Shown: one piece after another, positions 12,790 to 24,101 of the stretch
Layout of the letters: each line of letters opens with the position of its first letter
Numbering within the stretch: the stretch's first letter is position 1
Assembly (NCBI RefSeq): GCF_006345805.1
Contig: NC_043014.1
Location: forward strand, 33,046,001 to 33,110,000
DNA length: 64,000 nucleotides
DNA from: Octopus sinensis
Lineage: Eukaryota
Reading direction: 5' to 3'
Program-made: the position numbers and the translations under genes
The notes under the pieces: model-generated
Databases searched by the model: none
What the model was told of the DNA's origin: nothing
What the model saw: only the letters and a program-made list of their open reading frames with translations

Positions 12790-12822
12790 TTAATGACTTA
12801 CAAATGTCTCTACTCATGTAAA

Positions 12823-12858
<36 letters not shown>

Positions 12859-12991
12859 TAGGTTATTAGTATCATAATACCTAAATGAAATATATATATG
12901 TCACTTAGGCATTGCAATACTAATAACCTGGTGTAGAACTCAATATATGTATGCCTCTAAACAAAGCATTAGTCAAGTACAGGGCAGCAAT

Positions 12992-13140
12992 AAGAAAAGA
13001 GATGACAAAGGAATAAATGATTATCTTATGCACTTCATTTAGCTCTCAACTATAAGTCCACCACATTTTAGAGTCGAAACAGCTGTAAGCTAATGAAGTT
13101 CATAAGATATGCATTTATTCCTTTATCACCTCTTTTTCTT
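12992..13140 (+). repeat. Hairpin element with about 53-bp arms and a decayed hammerhead-like centre
   Basis: Arms 12992-13044 and 13088-13140; centre contains GTC GAAAC AGCT GTA (13073-13087). Confidence 0.65.
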
Positions 13141-13521
13141 ATATACACACATTGAATGACATATAACCTTAATAATAATCACTAAACACCAATGTTTCTT
13201 TTATAGCACCCAAGAGTAGAATTAAGCTTTTTGGTATCAATATTTACTGAGGTTTACACTTGATCTCACTTCTTATACGCATCTTTCTTAGATCAGGATT
13301 CAATATTGGCTGAAATAATTTAGAAACTTCTGATAATAGATGAATCAACAATGTGGACTTCTATAATGCATGAAGTCCTTTTATGGTCTGTCCGAATTAA
13401 CTTCAATTCCAAACAATCTGCATTTGCAAAAAAAAAAACTTTGTTTATAGAAGAATAAACATGACTTGCATGTGTGGATGCAATATTTCTGGTTTTATAA
13501 ATGTAGGAATATGTGAATTGA

Positions 13522-13935
13522 TTTACTCTTTACTCTTTTACTTGTTTCAGTCATTTGACTGCGACCATGCTGGAGCACCGCCTTTTAATCGAGCAACTCG
13601 ACCCCGGGACTTATTCTTTGTAAGCCTAGTACTTATTCTATCGGTCTCTTTTGCCGAACTGCTAAGTGACAGGGACATAAACACACCAGCATCGGTTGTC
13701 AAGCAATGCTAGGGGGACAAACACAGACACACAAACATACACGCACACACATATATATATACATATACATGACGGACTTCTTTCAGTTTCCATCTACCAA
13801 ATCCACTCACATGGTTTTGGTCGGCCAAAGGCTATAGTAAAAGATACTTGCCCAAGGTGCCACGCAGTTGGACTGAACCCGGAACCATGTGGTTGGTAAG
13901 CAAGCTACTTACCACTCAGCCACTCCTGCGCCTAT
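13522..13935 (-). mobile_element. SINE family A, near full length
   Basis: Reverse complement of the family A pattern. Confidence 0.9.
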
Positions 13936-15329
13936 TTCCAAGTTTTTCCTTTTAATATCTAAAGAAATTTTAAAATGCTCAGTCTATGATCATACTTTTT
14001 TTTTTTTCTGACAATGTTATCAAGGACTTCATTTACCATGAGACTTTTCTTTTTAAAAGATAGAGCATTGGTTGCAGTAGAAAAGGCGAAGAGAACAGAC
14101 AGCATGTCTGAGGGTCAGAGGCTGGATTATGCCTGTGAGTTGCCTTTCATTATAGCAGGTTGAGTATATGTACAGCAGTAGTTTTCAAATAGTTTACTAT
14201 AAGGAATATGTTGGTGCACACAAGGTATCTAAATGAGCCACAGATTTTTAAGATATAATTTAACCCTTTTGTTACCATATTTCTGTTGAAATATGCAGTC
14301 TTTGTTCCAAATAATTTTGAAAATAACAAAGAATTTATTTAACATAAATTTTTCATTATTAAACTGGTATGAAATATTGATGGAAGGTTTTTATTCAAGT
14401 CATTTTAAAACGAGTTTGTGTCCTGGAGCCAAGAACAATTTTAGATGGATTGGTATTAGAAGAGTTGTCTTTAAAAAATCTATTAATCCTTGAACATATT
14501 GGAAAATGCATTATTCATAATTTTGCTATACACAAATATGATTAATAAAGACAAGGTAACTAATAGTTTTCTATATTTTTCTTATGGTTGAACAAGCTTG
14601 TGGGTAAAAACTAATTGTCCCAGTTAACATGATCTTCACAATATGTATTTTTTTTTCCTAACTTTTTAACTTTAAAACATTTTTTTTGAAACTTTCCATA
14701 GAAAGTATACCAGTCTGGTTTAACTTTCCATGTAAAGTGTGCAAGTAATTTTTAATTTTTTTTTTAAGTTTGATCTTCAACATACCACAAAGTCAGAGAA
14801 AGACTTAGTGGTATAAAGGCTCTTTCATTGGTATATAATGATTTCCTCTGTGTGGGTGATGAAAGGTTGGGGGTTTTTTGGGGTTTTTTTTTTTCCTAGC
14901 CAAAGTAAGGTGTCATCTATATGAGGTATAGCTAATTACAGCAAATAACAGTGTCTTTGATGCAATTGGATGTAGCTGTTTTGAATTCTAAAAGGTTAAA
15001 TGTATTCGTGCGTGTGTAACTGCTAGTTAAATTGCCACTCACAGTAACAAACACACACACACATACATAACAACCTGTTTTACATTGCAACTGAGGGTGA
15101 AATTAATGCTTTTTTTTACTTTTAATTTTAAAAATGTATTAAAAGGACTTAATTTTTTTTTTAATTAACTTAATTTTTTGTTGCTATTATTATTATTTCC
15201 AAAAATGTGATAATTACTTTGTTTTTGATTTTTTTTTTCAAACTGACAAATTCTACAGTTGATGCCTATAGCAGTGTGAATGTATATATATATATATGTA
15301 TGTATATATATATAATTTCATTAAAGATA

Positions 15330-16650
15330 TTTTGATGTGATTTTTAATACAATATAAACCATCAAAATCAGGAAGAACTATTAATAAAATTTCTGAAACT
15401 GTTTTGAGCTTTGCTATTATTTATAAAATTTTTTTATCCAAATTTGTATACCTTCACCTCTACCACCCTCATTTCCAGCACCAAGTAGCTGATAATACAG
15501 GCGTAGACTTGCCCAAATGCATCAATGAATTAACATTGATATTTTTTTCACCATTATTTACAATCATCTGAAATTGAATTGTCAAAGTGCGATATTTGAG
15601 CTTTCGAGCTATTTTGCTATTCAACTTCAAAAAAGAGCATACAGCAGCTGGAACTGTTCGCGATATCAACAAAATGTTTGGTGAGAAAATAACTAGTGAG
15701 TGGTCAGCTCGAAAATGGTTTAAACGATTTCACAGTGGAGACCTGCGCCTTAAGATTGTGAGTGTAGTGGATGCCCATCTGTCATCGATGACAGTCAGTT
15801 AAAGACTGTCATTGAGAAAGATCCACATGGAACAACTCCAGAACTGGCAAAAGAACTTCAAGTTAGCCAGAAAACTGCCTGCAATCAGAAAATCAAAAAG
15901 CTTAACAAATGAGTACCACACAATTTGAAAGAAAATCAGAAAACGCACAGATATGGAATTTGCTCAACGCTTCTCTGTAACCAGACCGATCCATTTCTCT
16001 ACTGTACTGTAACTTGTGATGAAAAGTGGATTCTGTACAATAAAAAACATTCTTCACAGTGGTTGGACCAAAATGAAGCACCAAAAACCTTCCCTAAACC
16101 CAAGCTCTTCAAAAAAAAAGGTTATGGTGACTGTTTGGTGGTGTACTGCTGGACTCATCCACTATAACTTCTTCAAACCTGGAAAAACCATTACTGCAGG
16201 AACATATTGCCATGAAATTGCCAAAAGAATGAAAAACTGCTACTCCTCCGTCCCAGACAGGTCAGCAAAAGAGGGCCAATCATTCTTCATGACGATGCTT
16301 GACCACGCTTCACTAATGACACTCCAGAAGTTGAGAGAACTTGGCTACAAAGTTCTTCCCCACCCAGCTTATTCCCCAGACCTTTCTTTTACCGATTACC
16401 ACTTTTTCAAGTACCTTGATGGTTTCCTGTGAGAGAAGGAGTTCAAAAATCAAACAGATGCTGAAAGTGCATTCAAAGAGTTCATCAGCTCCAGAACTCC
16501 AGATTTTTACGTTACTGGAATAAACAAACCTATAACTTGTTGGCAAAAATGTGCCAATTGTAGTGGTACTTATGTTGATGAATAAAATTTCCACGTTGTT
16601 GAAATATATTGTGATGAATTTCCTGTTTCAAAACGTTGCTTACATTTTAC
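15330..16650 (+). mobile_element. Defective mariner (Tc1/mariner, D34D-type) transposon
   Basis: Frameshifted ORFs: HTH SARKWFKRFHSGD, VTCDEKWILYN, KKVMVTVWW, VLPHPAYSPDLSFTDYHFF. Confidence 0.92.
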
Positions 16651-16858
16651 TCTGCCTGATACATGATGGTCACAGATGGAATACCTTTTTTTTTTTTTGG
16701 TCAGTTCTACTAGGGACTAAATTACAAAAGCCACCCCTATCCACTCACCATCATTCCTATTCTAAGGATTTTTATTTGATTCACATAATTTTCACAGTAA
16801 ATGTGAAATGTATCATCATTCATGATAACATTCTTTCTTCAATGTCAGCATTGTTGAA

Positions 16859-17417
16859 CCCTTTAGCATTCAGATTATTCTGTTAAATGTAATATTTATT
16901 CATTCAAATTGATCATCATCATTTAACGTCCTTCTATGCTGGCATGGGTTAGACAGTAGCGAGCCAGGCAGAAGCCTACCCCATATTTCTATGCCTGTTT
17001 TGGCATGGCTTTTTATGGATGGATGCCCTTCCGCAGAGTAGGTTGAGTGCTTCTTATGTGACACCAGCACAGGCGAGGTCAGTTTTGGCATGCTTTTTAT
17101 AGCTGGATGCCCTTCCTAAAACCAACCACCCCACAGAGTTGGTTGAGTGCTTTTTATGTGACACCAGCACAGGCGAGGTCAGTTTTGGCATGATTTTTAC
17201 AGCCGGATGCCCCTCCAAATGCCAACCACTTTATAGCATGGGCTAGATGCCTTCTATGTGGCATCATGCATTATCTCACAACTTTGAAATTTTGATGTGT
17301 GAGTCTTTATTTTTAGAATTACATTGTAGAATAGGTGTGCTGGGCCAGATCTGGTCAGTTTCACCATAAAACCAGTAGAATATTTGGGCTGGATATGTCC
17401 AGTTCAAATGCAAAAGG
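16859..17417 (-). mobile_element. piggyBac-like MITE interrupted by a family E repeat (16912-17262)
   Basis: Left end CCCTTTAGCATTCAGATT; MITE sequence resumes at about 17265; right end CAAAAGG TTAA. Confidence 0.8.
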
Positions 17418-17489
17418 TTAAACTCAATCTCTTAAGACACCGCTGTGACCTTTCATTCAACCTTTACAATGTGAAGGCACATGGTTTGT

Positions 17490-17760
17490 AGTTAGTAGAA
17501 ATCTCTTGGTATCTACCACATTGATCACCACCACTGGTCTGATCTTGTCACTGACCATGAAGCCCGATATCTCACTGTCCTTAGAGTGGCCACCTCCTTT
17601 GAAGACATCTGCAGGACCATCCTTGCAGACAAGAGAAAAGAAAGGTGTAACAAGACCACTACAGCCAACCCACCTTCCATGCACCCTTTGTGGCTATGCC
17701 TGTTTGTCCCTAATTGAACTTGCCAAGCATCAGCAATTCTGCAAGACATGGAGCCTCCAC
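17490..17760 (+). mobile_element. RTE LINE C-terminal remnant
   Basis: IDHHHWSDLVTDHEARYLTVLRVATSFEDICRTILADKRKER, then CTLCGYACLSLIELAKH in another frame. Confidence 0.75.
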
Positions 17761-18319
17761 TCCATAAACCTTCACTTAAAAAGCCAAGCCAAGAAAAAGA
17801 AGTACTTGACTGGTATTTTATCTTATCAATCCTGGAATAATGAAAGGCAACTCACAGGCATAATCCAACCTCTGACCCTTAGACAAGCTGTCTGTTCCCT
17901 TTGCCTTTTCTACTGAAAGTATAATAGCCTCTGCTTCTTGTTGCAGGCTGGTTTCTTGTCCCATCCACTCAGGCACTCTCAACTCACTCCTCTTTCCTCC
18001 ACTGAATATCAACTATCTGGTACTCCCTTCCTATAATCAACATCTTACAACTATTGAAGTGGAACATTAGCAGCAATGCTTGCTTCAGTTTCAGAAAGCC
18101 TGCAAAGGTTATGGGTACTGTCCCTTCCTCAGGACCTAACTAAGTAAAAAAAATCAACTCTGGCAAAACAACCTAGGATAATGGACTGATAAAATCATTG
18201 GAGTATCAGACAGGATTCTTGCAATATTTGTTCCAAATCTTTGTATTCTGAATTCAGGTGTTACCATGGTCTACTTGGGTGGTAGAGTTAATTCGTTTGA
18301 TACCTGGTTTAATACTGTG

Positions 18320-18612
18320 AAGGCAAGTGGTTAAGGAATCCGGTTAATGATTGTAAGGTCAATGGCATACTGTGTCCTTAAGCAAGACACTTCGTTTCTT
18401 ATGGCTCCAATCCACTCAGCTGGCAAAAGTGAGCTGTAACTGTAATTCAAAGGGCTAGTCTTATCACACCTTGTGTCACATTGAACCTCCATGAAAACTA
18501 CATTAAGAGTGTGCATGTCAGTAGAGCACTCAGTTACTTGCAGATTAATTTCACAAGCAGGCTGTTCCATTGATCAGATCAACTGGAACACTCATCATCA
18601 TAACCAACAAAG
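18320..18612 (+). mobile_element. Diverged SINE sharing its 3' half with the 29571-29950 family
   Basis: Shared AACTACATTAAG...GCAGGCTGTTCC...GATCAACTGGAAC. Confidence 0.7.
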
Positions 18613-19496
18613 ACCCACGCCTAACACCAACACCTGGTCCTAGGGTGTCTTTATCAGGACCCACTCTATTTCAAGCATTTGTACCAAGTGTCCAACTTTA
18701 GAATATCTTCTTTCCCAGCAGTTTAAGAGGATCTGAATATGATCATGGGCACTACACTTCCAGATTATGTCATAAAAATATACAGACAGCTATTTCTCAC
18801 ACTACCAATTCTACTGACATATTACTTCTTTTGGAATCATTCATCTGATTTCAAGTTACCCAAAGGAAAATTTTAACCCAGCATTACAGACTAACAAAAC
18901 ACATATCAATTATACAGTGTGTCTATCCCTACTCCACTAGTTAATTATTTATACAGCATATCTCTCACTCTCTCTCACACAAACCTTTTTTATAGAAAAT
19001 TTATATATTTTTACTGTCTGTGTTGAGGCATTGAGATACACACACACACACACACACACTTCAAAGGTCACAGAAGTATAATGAAGACCAGCTGGAAACC
19101 TTTGAACAAGACTATATCACTATATCAAAGAGTTATAACATTTGTGTTAATGTGTGCACATGAGTTTGTGTTTATATGTGCACATACCATGAATATATTT
19201 ATATGCATGCATGTATATGGCCTTATTTCACCAAGAGCATGATGTGACCAGGGCTAAAACATCTCCCTCACACATACACATTATAAACAATGATAACCAC
19301 TAAAATTAAATGGTTTTTACTTCCACTCTTGAGATTGTCATTACAGACTCATTCACACTTCAATCACTCACTTCTAATTTAGTCACCACCCCACAAACTG
19401 AGCACCAAAAGGAAAAGAGCTTTAAAACTATAACAGAACTTATGAAGGATAAATCTCCATAATCCACAGCTGAAGAAATTTCCAATGAAAATATCA

Positions 19497-20465
19497 TCAT
19501 CATCATCATTTAACATCTGTCCTCCATACTGGCATGGGTTGGTTTGACCAGAGCTGGTAAGCTGAAGGACTGCACCAGACTCAAGTCTGATTTGGCATGT
19601 TTTCTACAGTTGGATGCCCTTCCTAATGCCAACCACTCTGAGAGTGTAATGATTGCTTTTACGAGCCACCAGCATGGGTGCCAGTTGCGTAACACCATTA
19701 TGTCATGACTGTGATTTTAATTGGCTTGATCGGTCTTCTCAATCATGACATAATGCCAAAAGTCTCGGTCATTCATCATTGCCTTCATGAGGCCCAACAC
19801 TCAAAAGGAGCTTTTGATGTGCCACCAGCATCGGCCACTTTACATCTGTGAGGACCAACACTTGAAAGGTGCTTTTTACATGCCACCAGCACAGGTGCCA
19901 GTTATGTGACACCAGCATCGGCCACAACTACAATTTCACTTGGCCTGAGGTCTTCTCAGGCACAGCATATTGCCAAAGGTCTCGGTCTCTAGTCACTGCC
20001 TCTGTGAGGCCCAAAGTTCAAAGATCATGCTTTACCACCTCATCCCATGTCTTCCTGGGTCTAACTCTTACACAGGTTCCCTCCACAGTAAAAGATTGGC
20101 ACTTTGTTACACAGCTTTCCTCATCCAAACGCATCACATGACCATACCAGTGCAGGTGTCTCTCTTGCACACGATATTTGATTCCTCTCATGCCTAACTT
20201 TTCTGTCAAGAAGCTTACACTGTCGAACATGAACACTGAAATTGCACATCCAGTAAAGCATACTGGTTTCATTTCTTTCAAGCCTACACATGTCATTGGC
20301 TATCACAGCCCATGTTTCACAGTTGTGTAGCATAGCTATTCACACAGCCATCATACAATCTGCCTTTCACTCTGAGAGAGAGGCCCTTTGTTACCAGCAG
20401 AGGTAGGAACTCTCTGAACTTTGCCCAGCCTATTCTTATTCTCACAGCTATGCTCTCAGAGCATC
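19497..20465 (-). mobile_element. 5'-truncated RTE LINE (ORF C-terminus plus 3'UTR with (GAT)n tail)
   Basis: RIRIGWAKFREFLPLL, KGRLY, HNCETWAV, RHLHWYGHVMRLDEE, RPRKTWDEVVKHDL; ends ...GTTAAATGATGATGATGAT. Confidence 0.92.
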
Positions 20466-20466
20466 C

Positions 20467-20507
<41 letters not shown>

Positions 20508-20650
20508 AATTTTTTACATAATAAGATAAAAAAAACCAAGGCTGTATAGGTATTAGAGCATTTATAGAGCATAATAGAGATATTAGAGCATTTATAAATG
20601 TTCTAATATCTATACAGCCTTGGTTTTTTATCTTATTACGTAAAAAAATT
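20508..20650. repeat. Short foldback hairpin
   Basis: ATAATAAGATAAAAAAAACCAAGGCTGTATAG / CTATACAGCCTTGGTTTTTTATCTTATTAC. Confidence 0.75.
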
Positions 20651-21147
20651 CTTATATACACACGCTGACATAAAACCAACGTTAAACCCTTTATTCGCAA
20701 TATTACCGAATCTGGAACTTAACTATGGTCTGTCTATAGCACTTATTCAGCATTACCTGACACCTTTGGGTCTCAATGACACCATTATCTTTTATATATA
20801 TATATATAAATAAATATATATATATATGCATGTGTGTGTGAAAGTGTTTGAGTCTCTTTGTCTTGATAGATGTGAATGTAAGTCACTGTCATACAAGCAG
20901 TGTCACTTTGTCTCCAATATTCAGCAAGAACATGTCCTGACCATGATGAAATATTACCTTGCTTTGAAACAGCTGAGAGTTGGTGACAGGTAGGAAATCC
21001 GGACATGGAAAATCTGCTTCAACTAATTCTGCCTGACCCATGCAAGCATGGAAAAGTGAATGTTAAATACACTCTTACACACATCTAAGACAAGGATCTG
21101 CTGAGTGACCACTTTTACATTTCTGATGGACAAAACAAGCAATAATA

Positions 21148-21190
<43 letters not shown>

Positions 21191-21249
21191 TACATATATA
21201 TATATTGTGTTGAGTCAAAGGTTTGGCAATATTATGGTAACTTATTTGC

Positions 21250-21444
21250 TATACTCTTTTACTTGTTTCAGTCATTTGACTATGGCCATGCTGGAGCACC
21301 ACCTTTAGTCGAGCAAATCGACCCTAGGACTTATTCTTTGTAAGCCTAGTACTTATTCTATCAGTTCCTTTTGCTGAACCACTAAGTTACGGAGATGTAA
21401 ACACACCAGCATCGGTTGTCGAGCGATGTTGGGGGAACAAACAG

Positions 21445-21481
<37 letters not shown>

Positions 21482-21656
21482 CACATATATGCGACAGGCT
21501 TCTTTCAGTTTCTGTGTACCAAATCCACTCACAAGGCTTTGGTTGGCTCGAGGCTATAGTAGAAGACACTTGCCCAAGGTGCCATGCAGTGGGACTGAAC
21601 CCAGAACCATGTGGTTCGTAAGCAAGCTACTTACCACACAGCCACTCCTGTGCCTA
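21250..21656 (-). mobile_element. SINE family A
   Basis: Reverse complement of the family A pattern. Confidence 0.9.
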
Positions 21657-21667
21657 AAAGTGAGGAG

Positions 21668-21740
21668 AGGTTCCGGCGAGTTTTGAACTCGCGACCTTCT
21701 GCGTGTTAAGCAGACATGATAACCACTACACCATGGAACC
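21668..21740 (-). tRNA. tRNA-Val(AAC)-like gene, probably a pseudogene
   Basis: GGTTCCATGGTGTAGTGGTTATCATGTCTGCTTAACACGCAGAAGGTCGCGAGTTCAAAACTCGCCGGAACC: perfect anticodon and T stems, AAC anticodon, 6/7 acceptor pairs, TTTT about 7 nt downstream. Confidence 0.8.
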
Positions 21741-24101
21741 TGATGTCATGTTAAGCTACAACAAAAGCAGCCTAGCATTCAAAGTAGAGGTCATTGTGTT
21801 ACACCATCTGAAGCCACCTTTCTGCCAGTTCTCTGATCCTACACTGAAACTTCCACTCCTCTTGGTTGATGAGCTCCAGGAACTTGAGGCAATCGAACTG
21901 ATGCCACACTCAGCATCTAGTTTGGACCTAGCTTTCTTAGATTATTACTTGTTCCAATCCAGGGCTCACTTTCTGTGATAGCAATAGTTCATCAACCAAG
22001 AGTAGGTCGAAGGAGTAGTGAAGGAGTTCTTAACCTCAAAGGACAAAAACTGGTCTCAGTATAGAATCAAAGAACTGGCAAAAGAAGGTGGCTTCAAACA
22101 GTGTAACATGATGGCCTCTACTTTGAATGCCAGGTTTTTTTTGTCGTAAATTGATGAATAAAGCAAATAAGTTACCAAAATATTGCAAAACTTTTGACTC
22201 AGTATATATATATATATAATGGAGAGAGAGGGAGAAAGAGAGAGAAAAAGAGAGAGAGAATGTATGTTTTTTTCAGAGATATTGTATAGACAATGCAACT
22301 ATGTTCATGGTTTATCTTTTTATCCATATTTTTTTCACATTTTTGCTTGAGTTTCTTGCAGTTTTATCTGGAATCCATCATCAAGATTTCTAGACCTTCA
22401 TAGTCTTTAGCACTGATGCATCGCTGATTAACTTAACCCATGTTCTTGATAATATCTGTTAATTACCCAACAAGTCCTTTTTAAATGGCAGTTGGGATTT
22501 GTAGGGTTTTAGGACCACAGAGAACATAGACAGACCAAATGGTATCACTATAACATGAAACATGGTGGTGAGACTCTAAGTTGAAGTGTGTGTCTTGTTC
22601 TTAATTTTGGTGATGTTATTTACTGTTTTTTTTAAAGCTTTTAGCCCCAAATTACTAACTATAACACTGGTAACATGATTTTTGTCTTTGGATAGCAACT
22701 GTTATTTCCTATTTGCTTACCCCAAGAGAGTATGAAAAATGGCTAATATTTCCTTCAAACTATGCTTTTCTTAGATTTATTCAAACCCCAAAGAACCCAT
22801 TTCAACACATGGCAATGATGTTCTCACATTACTCACGCTCATGATCAGAGATGCACATATTGTCAGCCACTAAAGGACATGCTCAAGTGGTTAAGGTCAA
22901 CCAACTGACAAGCAAATCTGTGGCATTGAGCAGAATATTTGCTATAACAATATATGTTTCAGTAACTCAATGCTGAATCTGTCTGAAATGTGATGGAAAA
23001 CAGATCAGTTTCAAAACATTGATGTTCACATCACAAAAGCAATGTTTGAAGGGAATAGTAGTCATTTCCTTTGATTTCTAGATAGAAGCAAATATGAAAT
23101 AACACTTACTGACCAAAGACCAAAGTAAAAATTGAAATTTTGTTACACAGTGTTATTAAACATCATACACTATCATTTAAACTTAGATGTTACTCTTTGT
23201 AAATTCATGTTATGATGTTTTAATGTTATATTACTACAGTATTCAGTGTCCCTCATTTTAATACCCGTAATATGAAACAACTCCCTTAGTTCAGTCTTTT
23301 TTTCAATGGGGTACCACAGCAAGAATTGTACAAAATTTATAACAACATCAACTTATAACAGAATGGAAACATTAGTAAAATACATAAAAAAAAAAAACTT
23401 CTAGAGTTACCTAGATATGTCACAGATTAAAATAACTGATCTAGGAGTGTATTAGTTGAAAACTGATTTATAACCATAATAATAACAGGAAGACCTTTAC
23501 CATAAGCATAATTGGTGTACCTTAACCATTCTGCTATCACAGCTCAGTACCAATGGTACAAAGTGACATTAAAATGGTTATTGGTTTGTTTGAGGGGTTT
23601 TTTTTTTCTTTTTGAAATTTAAAAATCAAACAACAAGTTAATTAAACAATAAATTATATTTGTAAAGAAATTTCTCATTTTTCATCCTTTAGACATTGGT
23701 AACAATAGACTGAAAATTCTTTAAAAAAAAGGGATGGGGGTATAAATAAAAAAATTCTTCTTTGTTTTTTTGGAGTGGGTTGCTTCAACTGTTTGAGTTG
23801 GCTGGGTTTGCAAATTTTCAATATTTGCAAGAGGTGTTGTTGTTGTTGTTGTTAAGGTTGTATTTTTGTTCCCATTTTAAACTTATTTTTTGATAATTAG
23901 GAACCTGCATCTTAGCATCAGTTCTTTGACCATGAGATCTAGTTGACTGATACTTGTGCAGTTATGCAATAGCAGTGCACCTCGCTTAACAGAAACAAAC
24001 AATATAGTGCTACTGATAAAGGCCTGAAATAATCTGATCTTTCAATTCCAAAGTGAGCACCACACTTCTATTCAAATATGAAATCATATTTTCTGCAAGT
24101 G

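Larger units (their letters stand above)
21205..22205 (+). mobile_element. Mariner-derived composite with inverted termini; transposase 3' fragment at about 21845-22130
   Basis: Left TGAGTCAAAGGTTTGGCAATATTATGGTAACTTATTTGC versus right GCAAATAAGTTACCAAAATATTGCAAAACTTTTGACTCA; LMPHSASSLDLAFLDYYLF is a decayed YSPDL...DY motif. Confidence 0.75.
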
